Source: Armatimonadota bacterium (GTDB lineage Bacteria; Armatimonadota; SYMT01). From it: 64,000 bases of DNA. The notes under the pieces are model-generated. The model worked only from the letters and a program-made list of their open reading frames with translations. It made no database searches and was not told where the DNA came from. The translations under genes were made by a program, and so were the position numbers. Location of the stretch: positions 64,001-128,000 of the forward strand of contig JAWLHY010000018.1 in assembly GCA_041690135.1 (NCBI GenBank). Reading direction: 5' to 3'. This document shows positions 9,506 to 18,979 of the stretch, one piece after another (the stretch's first letter is position 1; every line of letters begins with the position of its first letter).

Positions 9506-12500
9506 CTAGTCGTTCCGCAGAGTGGCCGCTTCCAGGGTGATCGCTACCACCTTGATGGCGGGCTGCCGGGGGAGCGTGATCCCCGAGAGCGTCTTCAGCG
9601 ACTCCGTTTTCAGCACGTGGTGGGCGATGTAGCAGCGCGTCTCCGGGTCGTCGCCCAACGAGGTGTGCCGGTGCGGCGTGCTGAAGGCTATCCGCTCGCC
9701 GTGTTTGGGCGGGTCGTTCCAGTGCGTGAAAGTCACCTTCTGGGACTCGGTGGTGCCGTCCGAGTAATGCAAGACGAACTCGGCGGTTGCATCCACTTCG
9801 GTCGATAGCGCGGCCACGTGGACCCCCGTGCGTGGGAAGCTGCCAAAGGTGATGCGCTGACCCTGGCAGGCCACCATGTTCGGGGTGCCGTTGTTCTTAC
9901 TGGGATACAGGAAGCAGGCCCGGGTTGCTTCGAAATCATTGAGCGGACGCACCCAGAGGCCGCTTGGATAGAGCGGCAGCGCGAAACTGGCCGGAGTGCC
10001 CCCATTGGGTCTCGGGACGTACGGCGGCAAGAACTCCGCAGGGAAGGAGTTGAAGCGCCCGTCGAGGTTGCCATCGCGCCGGTCGGAGTCGCTGCTGATG
10101 CCGTCGATGTTGTAATACGCCTGGATCGGCAGCGGTGTGAACGTCGGGCTGAAGACGTTGACCGGGATTACGAGGAGGTCGTTGCCCTTGCTGCCCGGCA
10201 GCGCGCTTGCGTTCTGGCCGTCGTGGATGAAATCGAGGACGCAGTACATCGGGCCGAAGTAGTAGGGCACCCGGACTGGAACCTCGCGGAGCACCGCGTC
10301 GCGGATTACCTGCTCGAACTTCTCTTTCGGCTCTTCTTTCGCCCCCTTCTTTCCTCTTTTCTTGCCCTTGGCTTCCTTCTCTTCCCGGGGGCTCAGTGGC
10401 CGATCCAGCGGTACCTCGACCTGGATCTTGGAGAACGGGGGCACATCGGCGGGGAGTGGCAGCACGTCGTCGTTCCAGGAAGCCTCGGTGCCATCGAAGT
10501 AGTACCAGTGGACGGCGACCTTGTCGCGATCCTTCTTCCACGTTTCCGGGCCGCTGTTGCGCAGGCCGACGGTGATCAACTGCTTCTTTCCGGCCACCAG
10601 GTCCGCAGGGAGGTTGCAACCGATGAAGCTCGGTGCGGGGTCGCGCTCCACGATACGGACCGGCTCTCGCAACGTGGCGCCGCCCGACTGGCCGAGGTAC
10701 TTCTGCCCGTCGAAAACATCCCACTCCAGCACGTAGCTCCAGGTGTCCTTGGCGGAGATCGCCGCCAGAGGCTTTCCTGCCGCAGCAGTCGTGACCGGGA
10801 CATCGACCGTTACCATTTGGCCGGGAATGACCTCTTCCGGTAATGCTACGCGCTGGCCTTCTCCCACCACCTCATCGAGATCGGTCGAAGCCCCCTTCAG
10901 ATAAGTGGAAGCCTTCCGCCAGCGGTAACCGATGGAGACCACACCCTGCTTCCAGGGTTCGGCACCGTCGTTCCGGATACGGACACGCACAGGATAGGTC
11001 GCGTCTCGCTTCATGACGGTGGGAAGAGTCGAATGGACCCAGTAGGGGTGGACGGAAGGTCCGCTCCCCACCGTGACCGGCACCCGGTAGGGCGCGCTCG
11101 CGCTCAAATCGAACCACACTTCTTCCCCACTGGCGCGGCGGACCATGTTGAGCTCCAGCTCGTACTCGCCCGCGGGAAGGAACTTCCCCTCCTCCATTGG
11201 CGCACTGATGCCCAGGAGGTAGGTCCGAGCCTCGCCGTGCCCCTGGCCCTTGTTGGTCACCGGTACGCCGCGGTCGCCGATCGGTTTCCCGTCTTTGATC
11301 CACTGATACGAGAGGGAAGCTAGGTTGAACGAGTCCCAATCGGCAAGACCGGAGTTCTGGACGAGTACTTCGACCTGGCACACGCGGTTGGGTTGAATGT
11401 AGCGAGGCACCCAGGCCTTAAGGATGTTGGCTGCAAAGTCGAGCGACTTCGGGGTCTGCTTGAATTCGAGAATCGCGCCGCGGATCAGGTCGCGGTAAAG
11501 CAGGCCGTTCTCCAGAGTGGGGGCGATCTCGCTGCCGCGGGGGTAGTCGTTCCAGGAGTCGAGAATCACCCACTCCGGGTTGGCCGCGAGCACCTGCTTG
11601 AAGTCGGTCACGGTGCGAACCCCGTTCTCCCGGGAACGGATCGAAGCCCCGGCACCGCGTATGGAGTCGTCGTAGCCGGGGCCCAGGGTCGCGGTCCGAA
11701 CCCAGCCCGCGTCGGAGATCACGGCCGGCTCCGTAGCCGCGGGGAACGGCGCCACCGAGTCGAAGGCGCCGACCAACTCCTGGAGGTCCGGCGTGCCCAC
11801 CCACACGAGCCCGGCGCCGAACTCCTCGGCAAAGCGCCGATTCACATACTTCAGAAAGCTGGAATCGGCCGCTTTCACGGCCTGATCATTGATCAGGCGC
11901 ACGACATAAGCGGTGCCTCGCGCCGTGCTGAACCGCTTCGGATCCGTGTCCACGGCTCCGGCAGCGGCAACTCGCTTCCTGGGCAGTTGGATCGAGGCGC
12001 GAAACTCCTCGGGCACGTGCCGGTAGAAGTCGCGGACCATTCCGTACAGGCTGCGTTGCACGTCGGGGTTTTTCAGGTCGACGGGACCGCCGTACTGGTC
12101 GGCCAAACCACCCAGGTCCAGCGCCATCCCGACCAGGGGATAATCCCGCACTTTCATCAGCGGGGCCAATCCTTCCGATCGCAGTTCCTTGAGCCCCTGC
12201 GTCAAGGCATCAAGTCCCTGAAGTGCATACGCCTGGCGGTTCTCTTGATCCCCCCGGTAAACGGCCAGGGCCACATCGATCCCACCGCCCGCCATCAACT
12301 GGAATTGGCTCTTATGCCACTGGGCCCGGTCGAAGCTCATCCAGGGACCTACGCTATCCCAGGGATGGCTGGTCAGCATGCTGTATCCCTTCGCATCCCG
12401 AACATGTCGGAACGGGGCGGGCTTCCGGGGATCGCCCTGGTAGGAGTAGTAGTAGTGGGTGAAAACGAGGCGCTGGGTGGAGTGCGCCCGCTCCGGGGAC

Positions 12501-12619
12501 CGCGTCTCCTGCGCGCCAATCGGCCGCTGTGCTGAGAGCAGGCCGGCTCCTGCCACCAGCAGAAGCGTGAGCCCGGCCAGGGCGCGCGCGCGGACGGGAG
12601 AGATGGGAGAAAGCTGCAT
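9506..12619 (-). CDS. large secreted protein: GH99/GH71-like TIM barrel, three Ig-like (NBR1/FW-like) modules and a C-terminal beta-domain
   Basis: Signal peptide; HYYYSY, GIDVAL, LDSWND..GSEIAPT; repeated V.VRN.G...W....L.Y.W modules. Confidence 0.65.
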   Translation of the reverse strand: MQLSPISPVRARALAGLTLLLVAGAGLLSAQRPIGAQETRSPERAHSTQRLVFTHYYYSYQGDPRKPAPFRHVRDAKGYSMLTSHPWDSVGPWMSFDRAQWHKSQFQLMAGGGIDVALAVYRGDQENRQAYALQGLDALTQGLKELRSEGLAPLMKVRDYPLVGMALDLGGLADQYGGPVDLKNPDVQRSLYGMVRDFYRHVPEEFRASIQLPRKRVAAAGAVDTDPKRFSTARGTAYVVRLINDQAVKAADSSFLKYVNRRFAEEFGAGLVWVGTPDLQELVGAFDSVAPFPAATEPAVISDAGWVRTATLGPGYDDSIRGAGASIRSRENGVRTVTDFKQVLAANPEWVILDSWNDYPRGSEIAPTLENGLLYRDLIRGAILEFKQTPKSLDFAANILKAWVPRYIQPNRVCQVEVLVQNSGLADWDSFNLASLSYQWIKDGKPIGDRGVPVTNKGQGHGEARTYLLGISAPMEEGKFLPAGEYELELNMVRRASGEEVWFDLSASAPYRVPVTVGSGPSVHPYWVHSTLPTVMKRDATYPVRVRIRNDGAEPWKQGVVSIGYRWRKASTYLKGASTDLDEVVGEGQRVALPEEVIPGQMVTVDVPVTTAAAGKPLAAISAKDTWSYVLEWDVFDGQKYLGQSGGATLREPVRIVERDPAPSFIGCNLPADLVAGKKQLITVGLRNSGPETWKKDRDKVAVHWYYFDGTEASWNDDVLPLPADVPPFSKIQVEVPLDRPLSPREEKEAKGKKRGKKGAKEEPKEKFEQVIRDAVLREVPVRVPYYFGPMYCVLDFIHDGQNASALPGSKGNDLLVIPVNVFSPTFTPLPIQAYYNIDGISSDSDRRDGNLDGRFNSFPAEFLPPYVPRPNGGTPASFALPLYPSGLWVRPLNDFEATRACFLYPSKNNGTPNMVACQGQRITFGSFPRTGVHVAALSTEVDATAEFVLHYSDGTTESQKVTFTHWNDPPKHGERIAFSTPHRHTSLGDDPETRCYIAHHVLKTESLKTLSGITLPRQPAIKVVAITLEAATLRND

Positions 12620-12886
12620 GTGCGGGTCCCTCGGGCAGGCGTGGCGCCGGAAGCGTTGGTTAGCGGAGAGCGAGATAACGAGCCCCGGCGGCAATAGGAG
12701 CGGGCAGTGATCGGGTAGTGATCGGGTCCTTCAGTCTGCTATTTTACACGAGTACCCGTTCGGAACGCAGTTGCAGTTGGCCTCCCCCGCCTGACGCAGT
12801 TTTGCAACGGCCGGAAAGGCCGGAAAGGATTGAAGGACCGTCCACGCATAAATTAGGCCTAAACCAGCTCCCGAGGAAGCTACCCC

Positions 12887-14260
12887 ATGATTGCCATTCT
12901 CCTGGCGGCCGGTGCCGGCCGGAAACTCTGGCCCTATAACGAAGTCCGCAACAAGTGTGCTTTTCCCGTGGGAAACGTACCGATGGTCCGGCGTCTCGCC
13001 GATCAACTGGTCTCCGCGGGAGTCACGGATCTGGTCGTGGTGGTGGGGTCGGGTGCCGGTTCCGTGCGTGCCGCTTTGCTGGGTTGCGCGGCCAACGTGC
13101 GGTACGTGGAGCAGCCTGCGCCGGAAGGCACGGCGGCGGCGGCTGTTCGCGCGCTGAAACTGATGGGCGAGGATCCTTGCCTGGTACTTTCGGCGGATGT
13201 GGTGACCACGCCCGAAACGATTGCCATGTTGGTGCAGGTGGCACGCCAGGGCGGCACTCCCGCAGTGGCGGTTGTTCAGTCGCTGGGGAGAGAACGTCCC
13301 GGCGATTGGATCACTGCCCATTTGAAGTCAGGCGCGCTGGAAGGATATGAGGGGCATGGTCGAGAGGGCAGTCACCGCCTGTGCGGCCTCTATGCGTTCC
13401 AGCCGGCAGCCTACCCCTATCTCCTCGCCAATCCCGGCCTGATGACGCATGTGCCCGTGGGTGGGATGCCCGCTCCCGAGGCGGAAATCGCGGAGTCCCT
13501 GGCGCAGATGACAGCTGACGGGATCCCGGTGGTGGGTCTCGAAACGCAGGGTTTCCTGGTGGATGTCGATAAGCCCTGGCACCTGCTGGAAGCGAACGAG
13601 GCACTGCTCCAGGACCTCTCCAATCGGGCCACGGATTCCTCTATCCCGGCCGGCGCCCGCGTGGCGGATAGTGCGGAGATCCAGGGCCGGATCATCCTGG
13701 AAGCCGGCGCGGTGATCGGGGAACGGGTAGTGGTTAAGGGTGACCTCTGGCTGGGCGCCGGCGCCTCCGTCACGAACGGTTCCATCCTCAACGGCCGCAC
13801 GCTGATCGGTCCTCGCTCCCACGTGCGCGATTATGCGCTCCTGGGGGAGAATTCGTCCCTGGGGGCCGAGACGATCTGCGGCCATGGCGCGGAGTTCGAG
13901 GGCGTGCTGCTCGAAGGTGCTTATCTCTACCACTACTGTGAACTGTATGGAGTGATCGGAGCTCGGGTCGATATCGGCGCAGCTACGGTCTGTGGGACCC
14001 TGCGCTTCGATGACGGCCCGACCGTGCACCGCATCCAGGGGCGGCCGGAGCAACCGTTGCGGCATGCCAACGCCTCTTACCTGGGCGACTACAGTCGCAC
14101 GGGCGTCAACGCCATCCTCATGCCCGGGGTGAAGGTGGGCGCCTATTCCTGCGTCGGGGCCGGTGTAATCCTCTACGAAGACCTCCCCTCGCGTGAGCTG
14201 GTGCTCGTCAAACAGGAACTGGTTCGGCGGCCCTGGGGTCCGGAGCGTTACGGTTGGTAG
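12887..14260 (+). CDS. bifunctional sugar-1-phosphate nucleotidyltransferase/acetyltransferase (GlmU-like)
   Basis: ILLAAGAGRKLWP, EQ...GTA, DVDKPWHLL, C-terminal hexapeptide repeats. Confidence 0.85.
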   Translation: MIAILLAAGAGRKLWPYNEVRNKCAFPVGNVPMVRRLADQLVSAGVTDLVVVVGSGAGSVRAALLGCAANVRYVEQPAPEGTAAAAVRALKLMGEDPCLVLSADVVTTPETIAMLVQVARQGGTPAVAVVQSLGRERPGDWITAHLKSGALEGYEGHGREGSHRLCGLYAFQPAAYPYLLANPGLMTHVPVGGMPAPEAEIAESLAQMTADGIPVVGLETQGFLVDVDKPWHLLEANEALLQDLSNRATDSSIPAGARVADSAEIQGRIILEAGAVIGERVVVKGDLWLGAGASVTNGSILNGRTLIGPRSHVRDYALLGENSSLGAETICGHGAEFEGVLLEGAYLYHYCELYGVIGARVDIGAATVCGTLRFDDGPTVHRIQGRPEQPLRHANASYLGDYSRTGVNAILMPGVKVGAYSCVGAGVILYEDLPSRELVLVKQELVRRPWGPERYGW

Positions 14261-15125
14261 CCTCTCGCTGAATGCCGGATTCCGTGATATATCCGGCGAC
14301 GAGCTCCGGCGGAGTCGCGTCGAAAGCGATATTGGAGACCTGCAGGCCGGGAGCGGAAGTGGCAAGCACCTCGCCCGGCGAGCGCCGCACCCGGACGAAA
14401 CGCGCCAGTTCCGTGCCCGCTTCGATCCAGCGCGAATGATCGGCAATGATGTAGAGGGGAACGCCGTGTGCCGCGCACAGGCGGGCGAGAACGGCCGTCC
14501 CGACCGGTGCGACCACCATCCCGTCCGGCAGGATCCTTTCGGCCGCAGTGATGGCAGCGTCGATGTCCGGCAGGAATAGTTCAAGCTGGGCCTCCGTCAC
14601 TAGCCGGACCGGCAGACCCTCGGCCGCCAGCTCCTGCGCGAGGCGGGCGCCTTTCGAGAGTGGCCGTCCCTCGCTTACGGTGATGGCTTCGAGCCGGTCG
14701 CCATACCGCCCCAGCATGGCGCGCACCGTCTCGTGATAGCCCAGGGTCAACACGCGCCGCCCCGGCGGGAACAGCGGTTCCGCCGCGGCGAGAATCCGCT
14801 CTTCCATTCCCTCGAACTCGGCGAGCGTGGCCGCCAGGTCCTCGAGTACGCTCTTCCTTCCCTCTCCTGCCCGGCGGAGACCCCGCTGCAACCACACGGC
14901 AGCTGACGGGGAGCCGGCCAGCGCGCGCTGTAGACGTGCGGCATACAGTTCCAGCTTTTCGCCGGCATCCGCGGGCTCGTGCGGCGGCTCCCAGGCTTCG
15001 GACGCGGCCTCCTGCAACGCGAGCAGTGCCTGGTGCACGGGGTCGGACGTGCCACCGTCCACGCCGGTCTCAAGATCAAGGGCGCGAAGCAGCCAGGTTT
15101 TCGGGAGAGCGGTTCCGGACGACAT
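14208..15125 (-). CDS. eIF-2B alpha/beta/delta family (MtnA/R15P isomerase-like) protein, apparently lacking catalytic residues
   Basis: VLTL, SEGRP...G...A.EL...G, DG.VV..VGT, N.AFD.TPPELV...ITE.G. Confidence 0.8.
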   Translation of the reverse strand: MSSGTALPKTWLLRALDLETGVDGGTSDPVHQALLALQEAASEAWEPPHEPADAGEKLELYAARLQRALAGSPSAAVWLQRGLRRAGEGRKSVLEDLAATLAEFEGMEERILAAAEPLFPPGRRVLTLGYHETVRAMLGRYGDRLEAITVSEGRPLSKGARLAQELAAEGLPVRLVTEAQLELFLPDIDAAITAAERILPDGMVVAPVGTAVLARLCAAHGVPLYIIADHSRWIEAGTELARFVRVRRSPGEVLATSAPGLQVSNIAFDATPPELVAGYITESGIQREATNRNAPDPRAAEPVPV

Positions 15126-15175
15126 CAGCAATAAACCTCCGGCCTACTTATTCCCACGGTCCGAAAAACAGAACA

Positions 15176-15214
15176 GAAAAACAGAACAGCCCCCGCGCAT
15201 CCGCGGGGGCTGTT
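15176..15214 (-). terminator. intrinsic terminator
   Basis: Minus strand AACAGCCCCCGCG-GATG-CGCGGGGGCTGTT followed by CTGTTTTT. Confidence 0.8.
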
Positions 15215-15319
15215 GCCGGAGTCTGGGTGCCCGGATGGGTTAAAGGGACCCACGTAGGCAGATAGGGTCAGGATCGTTGATGATCGCTAGTGGGTGGGGC
15301 TTCACCAAACCACCGGCTT
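15215..15319 (-). ncRNA. candidate structured small RNA or cis-regulatory leader (unassigned, possibly 6S-like)
   Basis: End-to-end pairing (GCCGG/CCGGC, GCCC/GGGC, ACCCAC/GUGGGU); TG-n-CATATT -10 element upstream; terminator immediately downstream; no ORF. Confidence 0.55.
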
Positions 15320-15429
15320 CCTGGAATATGACAAGCAGCCAGGAGATTTGTTCTAAGTGTACCCACCCTCTGCTAAAGACTGTCGGAAGGTTTGCGACCG
15401 TCTGCTAAAATGTTCCTAAAAGGTTCCAG

Positions 15430-15696
15430 TCAGGCGCTCGCCGCCGGCGTATCGGCCGCCTCTTCGGCGGCTTGGGGCGTATCTTGCTTCGCCCGTTCTC
15501 GTGCCCAGCGTGCCTGTCCTCCTTTTCGTCCGAGCTCGCGGAAGTGGTCGGGGCCGTGCTTTTCCTTATTCGAAGCCCCTCCGACCTTCCCCATCGACAC
15601 GAAGTGATCGCGGCCGAATCGCTCCTTTAGCGTGGCTGCCCCCTTCTTCCCGGCCTCGGAAGCCAGATCCTTATTGTCGAAACCGCGTCCCGCCAT
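15430..15696 (-). CDS. KGG-repeat general stress protein (GsiB/YciG/Em-like)
   Basis: ASEAGKKG, HFVSMGKVGG, HFRELGRKGG repeats; GAGGGG RBS. Confidence 0.8.
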   Translation of the reverse strand: MAGRGFDNKDLASEAGKKGAATLKERFGRDHFVSMGKVGGASNKEKHGPDHFRELGRKGGQARWARERAKQDTPQAAEEAADTPAASA

Positions 15697-15840
15697 AGCC
15701 TTCCCCTCGCTGGCTGTTCCTTCACATACCGGGCTGACTGCCTTTCGCCGACCGCCCGGCTGGTGGACCCCGGTTGATTTTACCTCCTGCCAGCTTGTAG
15801 AGCAACTGCTAGTCGGCTGGTTGGACGCTTTCTCCCGACC

Positions 15841-15869
15841 TTGTGCCGGCCTCAGGCCTGTGGTATAAT
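15841..15869 (+). promoter_or_regulatory. sigma70-type promoter of rpmH operon
   Basis: TTGTGC-N17-TATAAT with extended TG. Confidence 0.75.
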
Positions 15870-15893
15870 TCGGCCGTTCCCAGGAGAAATTGC

Positions 15894-16055
15894 ATGAAAC
15901 GAACTTTTCAGCCTCATAATCGACGCCGGCGTCGGACCCACGGGTTCCGCGCTCGGATGGCCTCTTCGGATGGCCGGAATGTCCTCGCGGCACGCCGCGC
16001 CAAGGGTCGCCACCGCCTGACCGTTTCCGCGGATACGGCTCGGACCTCCAAGTAA
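15894..16055 (+). CDS. rpmH: 50S ribosomal protein L34
   Basis: [22 protein letters not shown]...[13 protein letters not shown]. Confidence 0.97.
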   Translation: MKRTFQPHNRRRRRTHGFRARMASSDGRNVLAARRAKGRHRLTVSADTARTSK

Positions 16056-16107
16056 TCCACCTGGCCGGCCCTCACCCATCCGCGGCGGGCCGGCCGGTCT
16101 GCGTCTG

Positions 16108-16554
16108 ATGCTGCCGAAAGCCAACCGTCTGCGTGCGAGGCAGGACTTCCAGAAGGTCTACCGGAGAGGTAGATCGTGGGCCCATCCGTTACTGGCGCTG
16201 CATGTCGGCGCCGAGCCGGAAGGGCGCCGGATGGGAGTTTCGGTCAGCAAAAAGGTGGGCAAGGCGGCCGTGAGAAACCGGGTACGGCGGCGTATCCGGG
16301 AGATTCTGCGGGCGCGTTTGCCGGAGTGGCGCGAGGGTTTGGCCGGCGTCGTCGTGGCCAGATCTGCGGCGGCCGAGGCATCCTTTGCGGAGTTGGAGAA
16401 CGCCCTCGTCGAATTGGCGAGACGAGCCCGGCTCCCGAGGGAACCCGGAGAGCCCTTCGACGCGCTTTATACCATGCCGCAGTCGCACGGTGCGAGCGGT
16501 CGCCAGCGTCGCGGCCGTCCACCGGCGGCGCCGGGTCCGGCAGATAATGGATGA
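16108..16554 (+). CDS. rnpA: ribonuclease P protein component
   Basis: [34 protein letters not shown] (RNR motif); synteny with rpmH. Confidence 0.95.
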   Translation: MLPKANRLRARQDFQKVYRRGRSWAHPLLALHVGAEPEGRRMGVSVSKKVGKAAVRNRVRRRIREILRARLPEWREGLAGVVVARSAAAEASFAELENALVELARRARLPREPGEPFDALYTMPQSHGASGRQRRGRPPAAPGPADNG

Positions 16555-16564
16555 GGAGAAGGCG

Positions 16565-16774
16565 ATGGTTGCGCGTATCTTCATCTGGCTGATCCGCGTT
16601 TATCAGAGCACGGCACGGTGGCGTCCTCCGGTTTGCCGGTTTACGCCCTCCTGCTCCCAGTACGCGGTGGAAGCGATTCAGAAGCACGGGGCCTTGCGCG
16701 GTTCGGCGATGGCGTTGTGGCGGATTTGCCGCTGCAGCCCCCTTTGTCGGGGTGGGTATGATCCCGTTCGTTAA
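16565..16774 (+). CDS. yidD: membrane protein insertion efficiency factor
   Basis: [19 protein letters not shown]...RICRCSP...GGYDPV. Confidence 0.95.
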   Translation: MVARIFIWLIRVYQSTARWRPPVCRFTPSCSQYAVEAIQKHGALRGSAMALWRICRCSPLCRGGYDPVR

Positions 16775-16948
16775 CAGGTTGGGTGGGGCCGGGCGCGCGC
16801 ACGGCCCCGGTAAGGACTGCTCCTGCCTGGCAGAAGCAGTGGTGTCGAGGCGATTGACCGCCGCTTTCGGCGGGACCAGCTCGTCCGCGTCGTGTGGACG
16901 AGCTTTTGCTTGAGCGAGGGGTGATTGGCGCCCTTCGTCGGAATACTG

Positions 16949-18349
16949 ATGGCACAGCAGAACAGCAATAGGAACAGTCTCCGAATATTTCTGATCATAT
17001 ACCTGATTGGATCCTGGTTCCTATTCCAGAACATTCTGAACCGGCAGCCGGCCGGGCCGGAGCAGACGCAGTCGATTCTCGCGCAGGCGCAAGCTCTGGA
17101 CGCGGAAGGTCGCAAGGCGGATGCCAACGTGCCGGAAGCGGATCGCGTCAAGAAGCTGGAAGACGCGATCAAGAAGTACGAGCAGTTCTACGAGCAGAAT
17201 CCCAAATCGCCGGAGGGCTACCAGGCTCGCTTCAACGAGATCAACATCTACGACTACCTGGCCAATCTTCAGAAGCGCTCGGGCACTCACTGGTACGACC
17301 AGGCCGAAGCGCGCCTGAAGGATATGGAGAAGAAGTTTCACGGCGTTACCGGCTCCGTTGAGATCGAGCGCGCCGGCGAACGGACCCGGGTAGAAAACGT
17401 GGATCTTGGTGAGCTGGCGACTACGCGCCTGAACGAGCTCCGTGCCGGTCGGGACGTGGTGAACTCCGATAAGCCGACCTATAAGGTGCTGGACTTCCTG
17501 GTGAATGTCACGGGAAGGCAGGCGGGCTTCAGTTACTTCTTCGCTCTGGCGTTGGTCGTCGTGGTGCTCAAGGCGATTACCTTTCCGTTCCAGAAGAAGC
17601 AGTACAAGTACCAGCAGGACATGATGCGGGTAGCTCCGCTGATTCGCGAGATCCAGGAGAGCATGAAGGGCCGGCCGCCGGATGAAGTCAACCGGCGGGT
17701 GTTCCAGGTCTACAAGGAGAACAACGTCAACATTGCGGGCGGTTGTCTGCCGATGCTCGTACTGATGTTCGTGCTGTTCCCCGTCTTCTGGATGGTGCGG
17801 GACTACGAGTATCAGTTCACGAACGCGACGTTCCTCTGGATCGGCTCGGAGTATTCCAAGCAGGTCTGGTGGCTGGGAGATAACCTGGCGCAGTTCGACG
17901 TGCCGCTCTTCGTCATCTACCTGCTGAGCACCGTGCTCTACTCGCTGCTCCAGCCGAAGCCGGCCGACCCGCAGCAGGCCCAGCAGCAGAAGATGATGCT
18001 CATCATGATGCCTGCCATGTTCGGCGTGTTTATGTGGATGGGCCAGTGGTCGTCCGCCTTCATGCTCTACTGGCTCGTATTGAACGTGGTGAGCATGTAT
18101 CAGAGCTGGGTGCTGATGAAGCAGTTCGGCCTGATCGCCCAGGGTTCGTCCGCCACGCCCGGGGCCACGCCTCCGCTGGCGGGCGCCGGGGCGGGTGGCG
18201 GAACGGTGGTGATGCCACAGGCTGCGGAGAACCCGCTCAAGCCGATGCAGGGAGTTCATACTCCGAAGCAGAATAACGGGAACAGCGGGCAGCGGACCCC
18301 GCAGGACCCGCTGGGCCGAGCCCGGCCGAAGGGTTCGCGGCGGCGCTGA
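16949..18349 (+). CDS. yidC: membrane protein insertase YidC/Oxa1
   Basis: YKENNVN..GGCLPML, FLWI..L...D, LYW motifs; synteny. Confidence 0.92.
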   Translation: MAQQNSNRNSLRIFLIIYLIGSWFLFQNILNRQPAGPEQTQSILAQAQALDAEGRKADANVPEADRVKKLEDAIKKYEQFYEQNPKSPEGYQARFNEINIYDYLANLQKRSGTHWYDQAEARLKDMEKKFHGVTGSVEIERAGERTRVENVDLGELATTRLNELRAGRDVVNSDKPTYKVLDFLVNVTGRQAGFSYFFALALVVVVLKAITFPFQKKQYKYQQDMMRVAPLIREIQESMKGRPPDEVNRRVFQVYKENNVNIAGGCLPMLVLMFVLFPVFWMVRDYEYQFTNATFLWIGSEYSKQVWWLGDNLAQFDVPLFVIYLLSTVLYSLLQPKPADPQQAQQQKMMLIMMPAMFGVFMWMGQWSSAFMLYWLVLNVVSMYQSWVLMKQFGLIAQGSSATPGATPPLAGAGAGGGTVVMPQAAENPLKPMQGVHTPKQNNGNSGQRTPQDPLGRARPKGSRRR

Positions 18350-18468
18350 TCCGCAACGGCAGCCGGAGTGATGGAGATCCGGGGAGCGGCCGGCCCGAAT
18401 GGGGGTGGGCCGCTCCCCCATTTGCGTTGTTCCGCGCGGCGGCGTCCTGCGCCTGGCGGGACGGATGG

Positions 18469-18966
18469 ATGGAAAAGATGGATGTAGAAGAGACGAATGT
18501 CGAAACCCCGGATCAGGGGCAGGTGGCCCAGGAGTTTTTGCGGGAAGTCCTGGCCTCAATGCATTTTTCCGCCGACGTCGAAGTAGCGACCCACGAAGAC
18601 GGCTCCTGCTGGCTGGAGATCGTGGGGGAAGACGCAGGTCGGACCATTGGACGGCACGGCAGCACCCTCAATGCCCTCCAGTACCTCACCGGGCTCGTGA
18701 CCCAGAAGGAGACGGGAGAGTACTTCCGTCTTACGGTCGACGCGGAAGGTTACCGGGAACGTCGGCAGGCGGCGTTGGTGGAGCAGGCGCGGGAACTCGC
18801 CGCCGCGGTGAAAGAGGCGAACCAGGAAGCGGAGCTCGACCCGCTCCCCGCCTACGAACGGCGGATCATCCATAACGCCCTCATGGATCACCCGGACGTG
18901 GTGACCTACAGCGAGGGCGAGGGCGACGACCGGCGCGTGATCATTGCGCCGCGCCCGAGGAAATAA
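18469..18966 (+). CDS. jag: RNA-binding protein Jag/KhpB (KH + R3H)
   Basis: IGRHGSTLNALQYL, VDAEGYRERR, ERRIIHNAL, TYSEGEG. Confidence 0.92.
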   Translation: MEKMDVEETNVETPDQGQVAQEFLREVLASMHFSADVEVATHEDGSCWLEIVGEDAGRTIGRHGSTLNALQYLTGLVTQKETGEYFRLTVDAEGYRERRQAALVEQARELAAAVKEANQEAELDPLPAYERRIIHNALMDHPDVVTYSEGEGDDRRVIIAPRPRK

Positions 18967-18979
18967 GAACAACGATGCC

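Noticed and set aside
15215-15319. 5S rRNA, SRP RNA, or SAM/TPP/ZTP riboswitch identity for the structured RNA
   Set aside because: Lacks 5S conserved loops (CCGAAC, GAUGGUA), the SRP GGAA/AGCAG motif and the riboswitch consensus cores.
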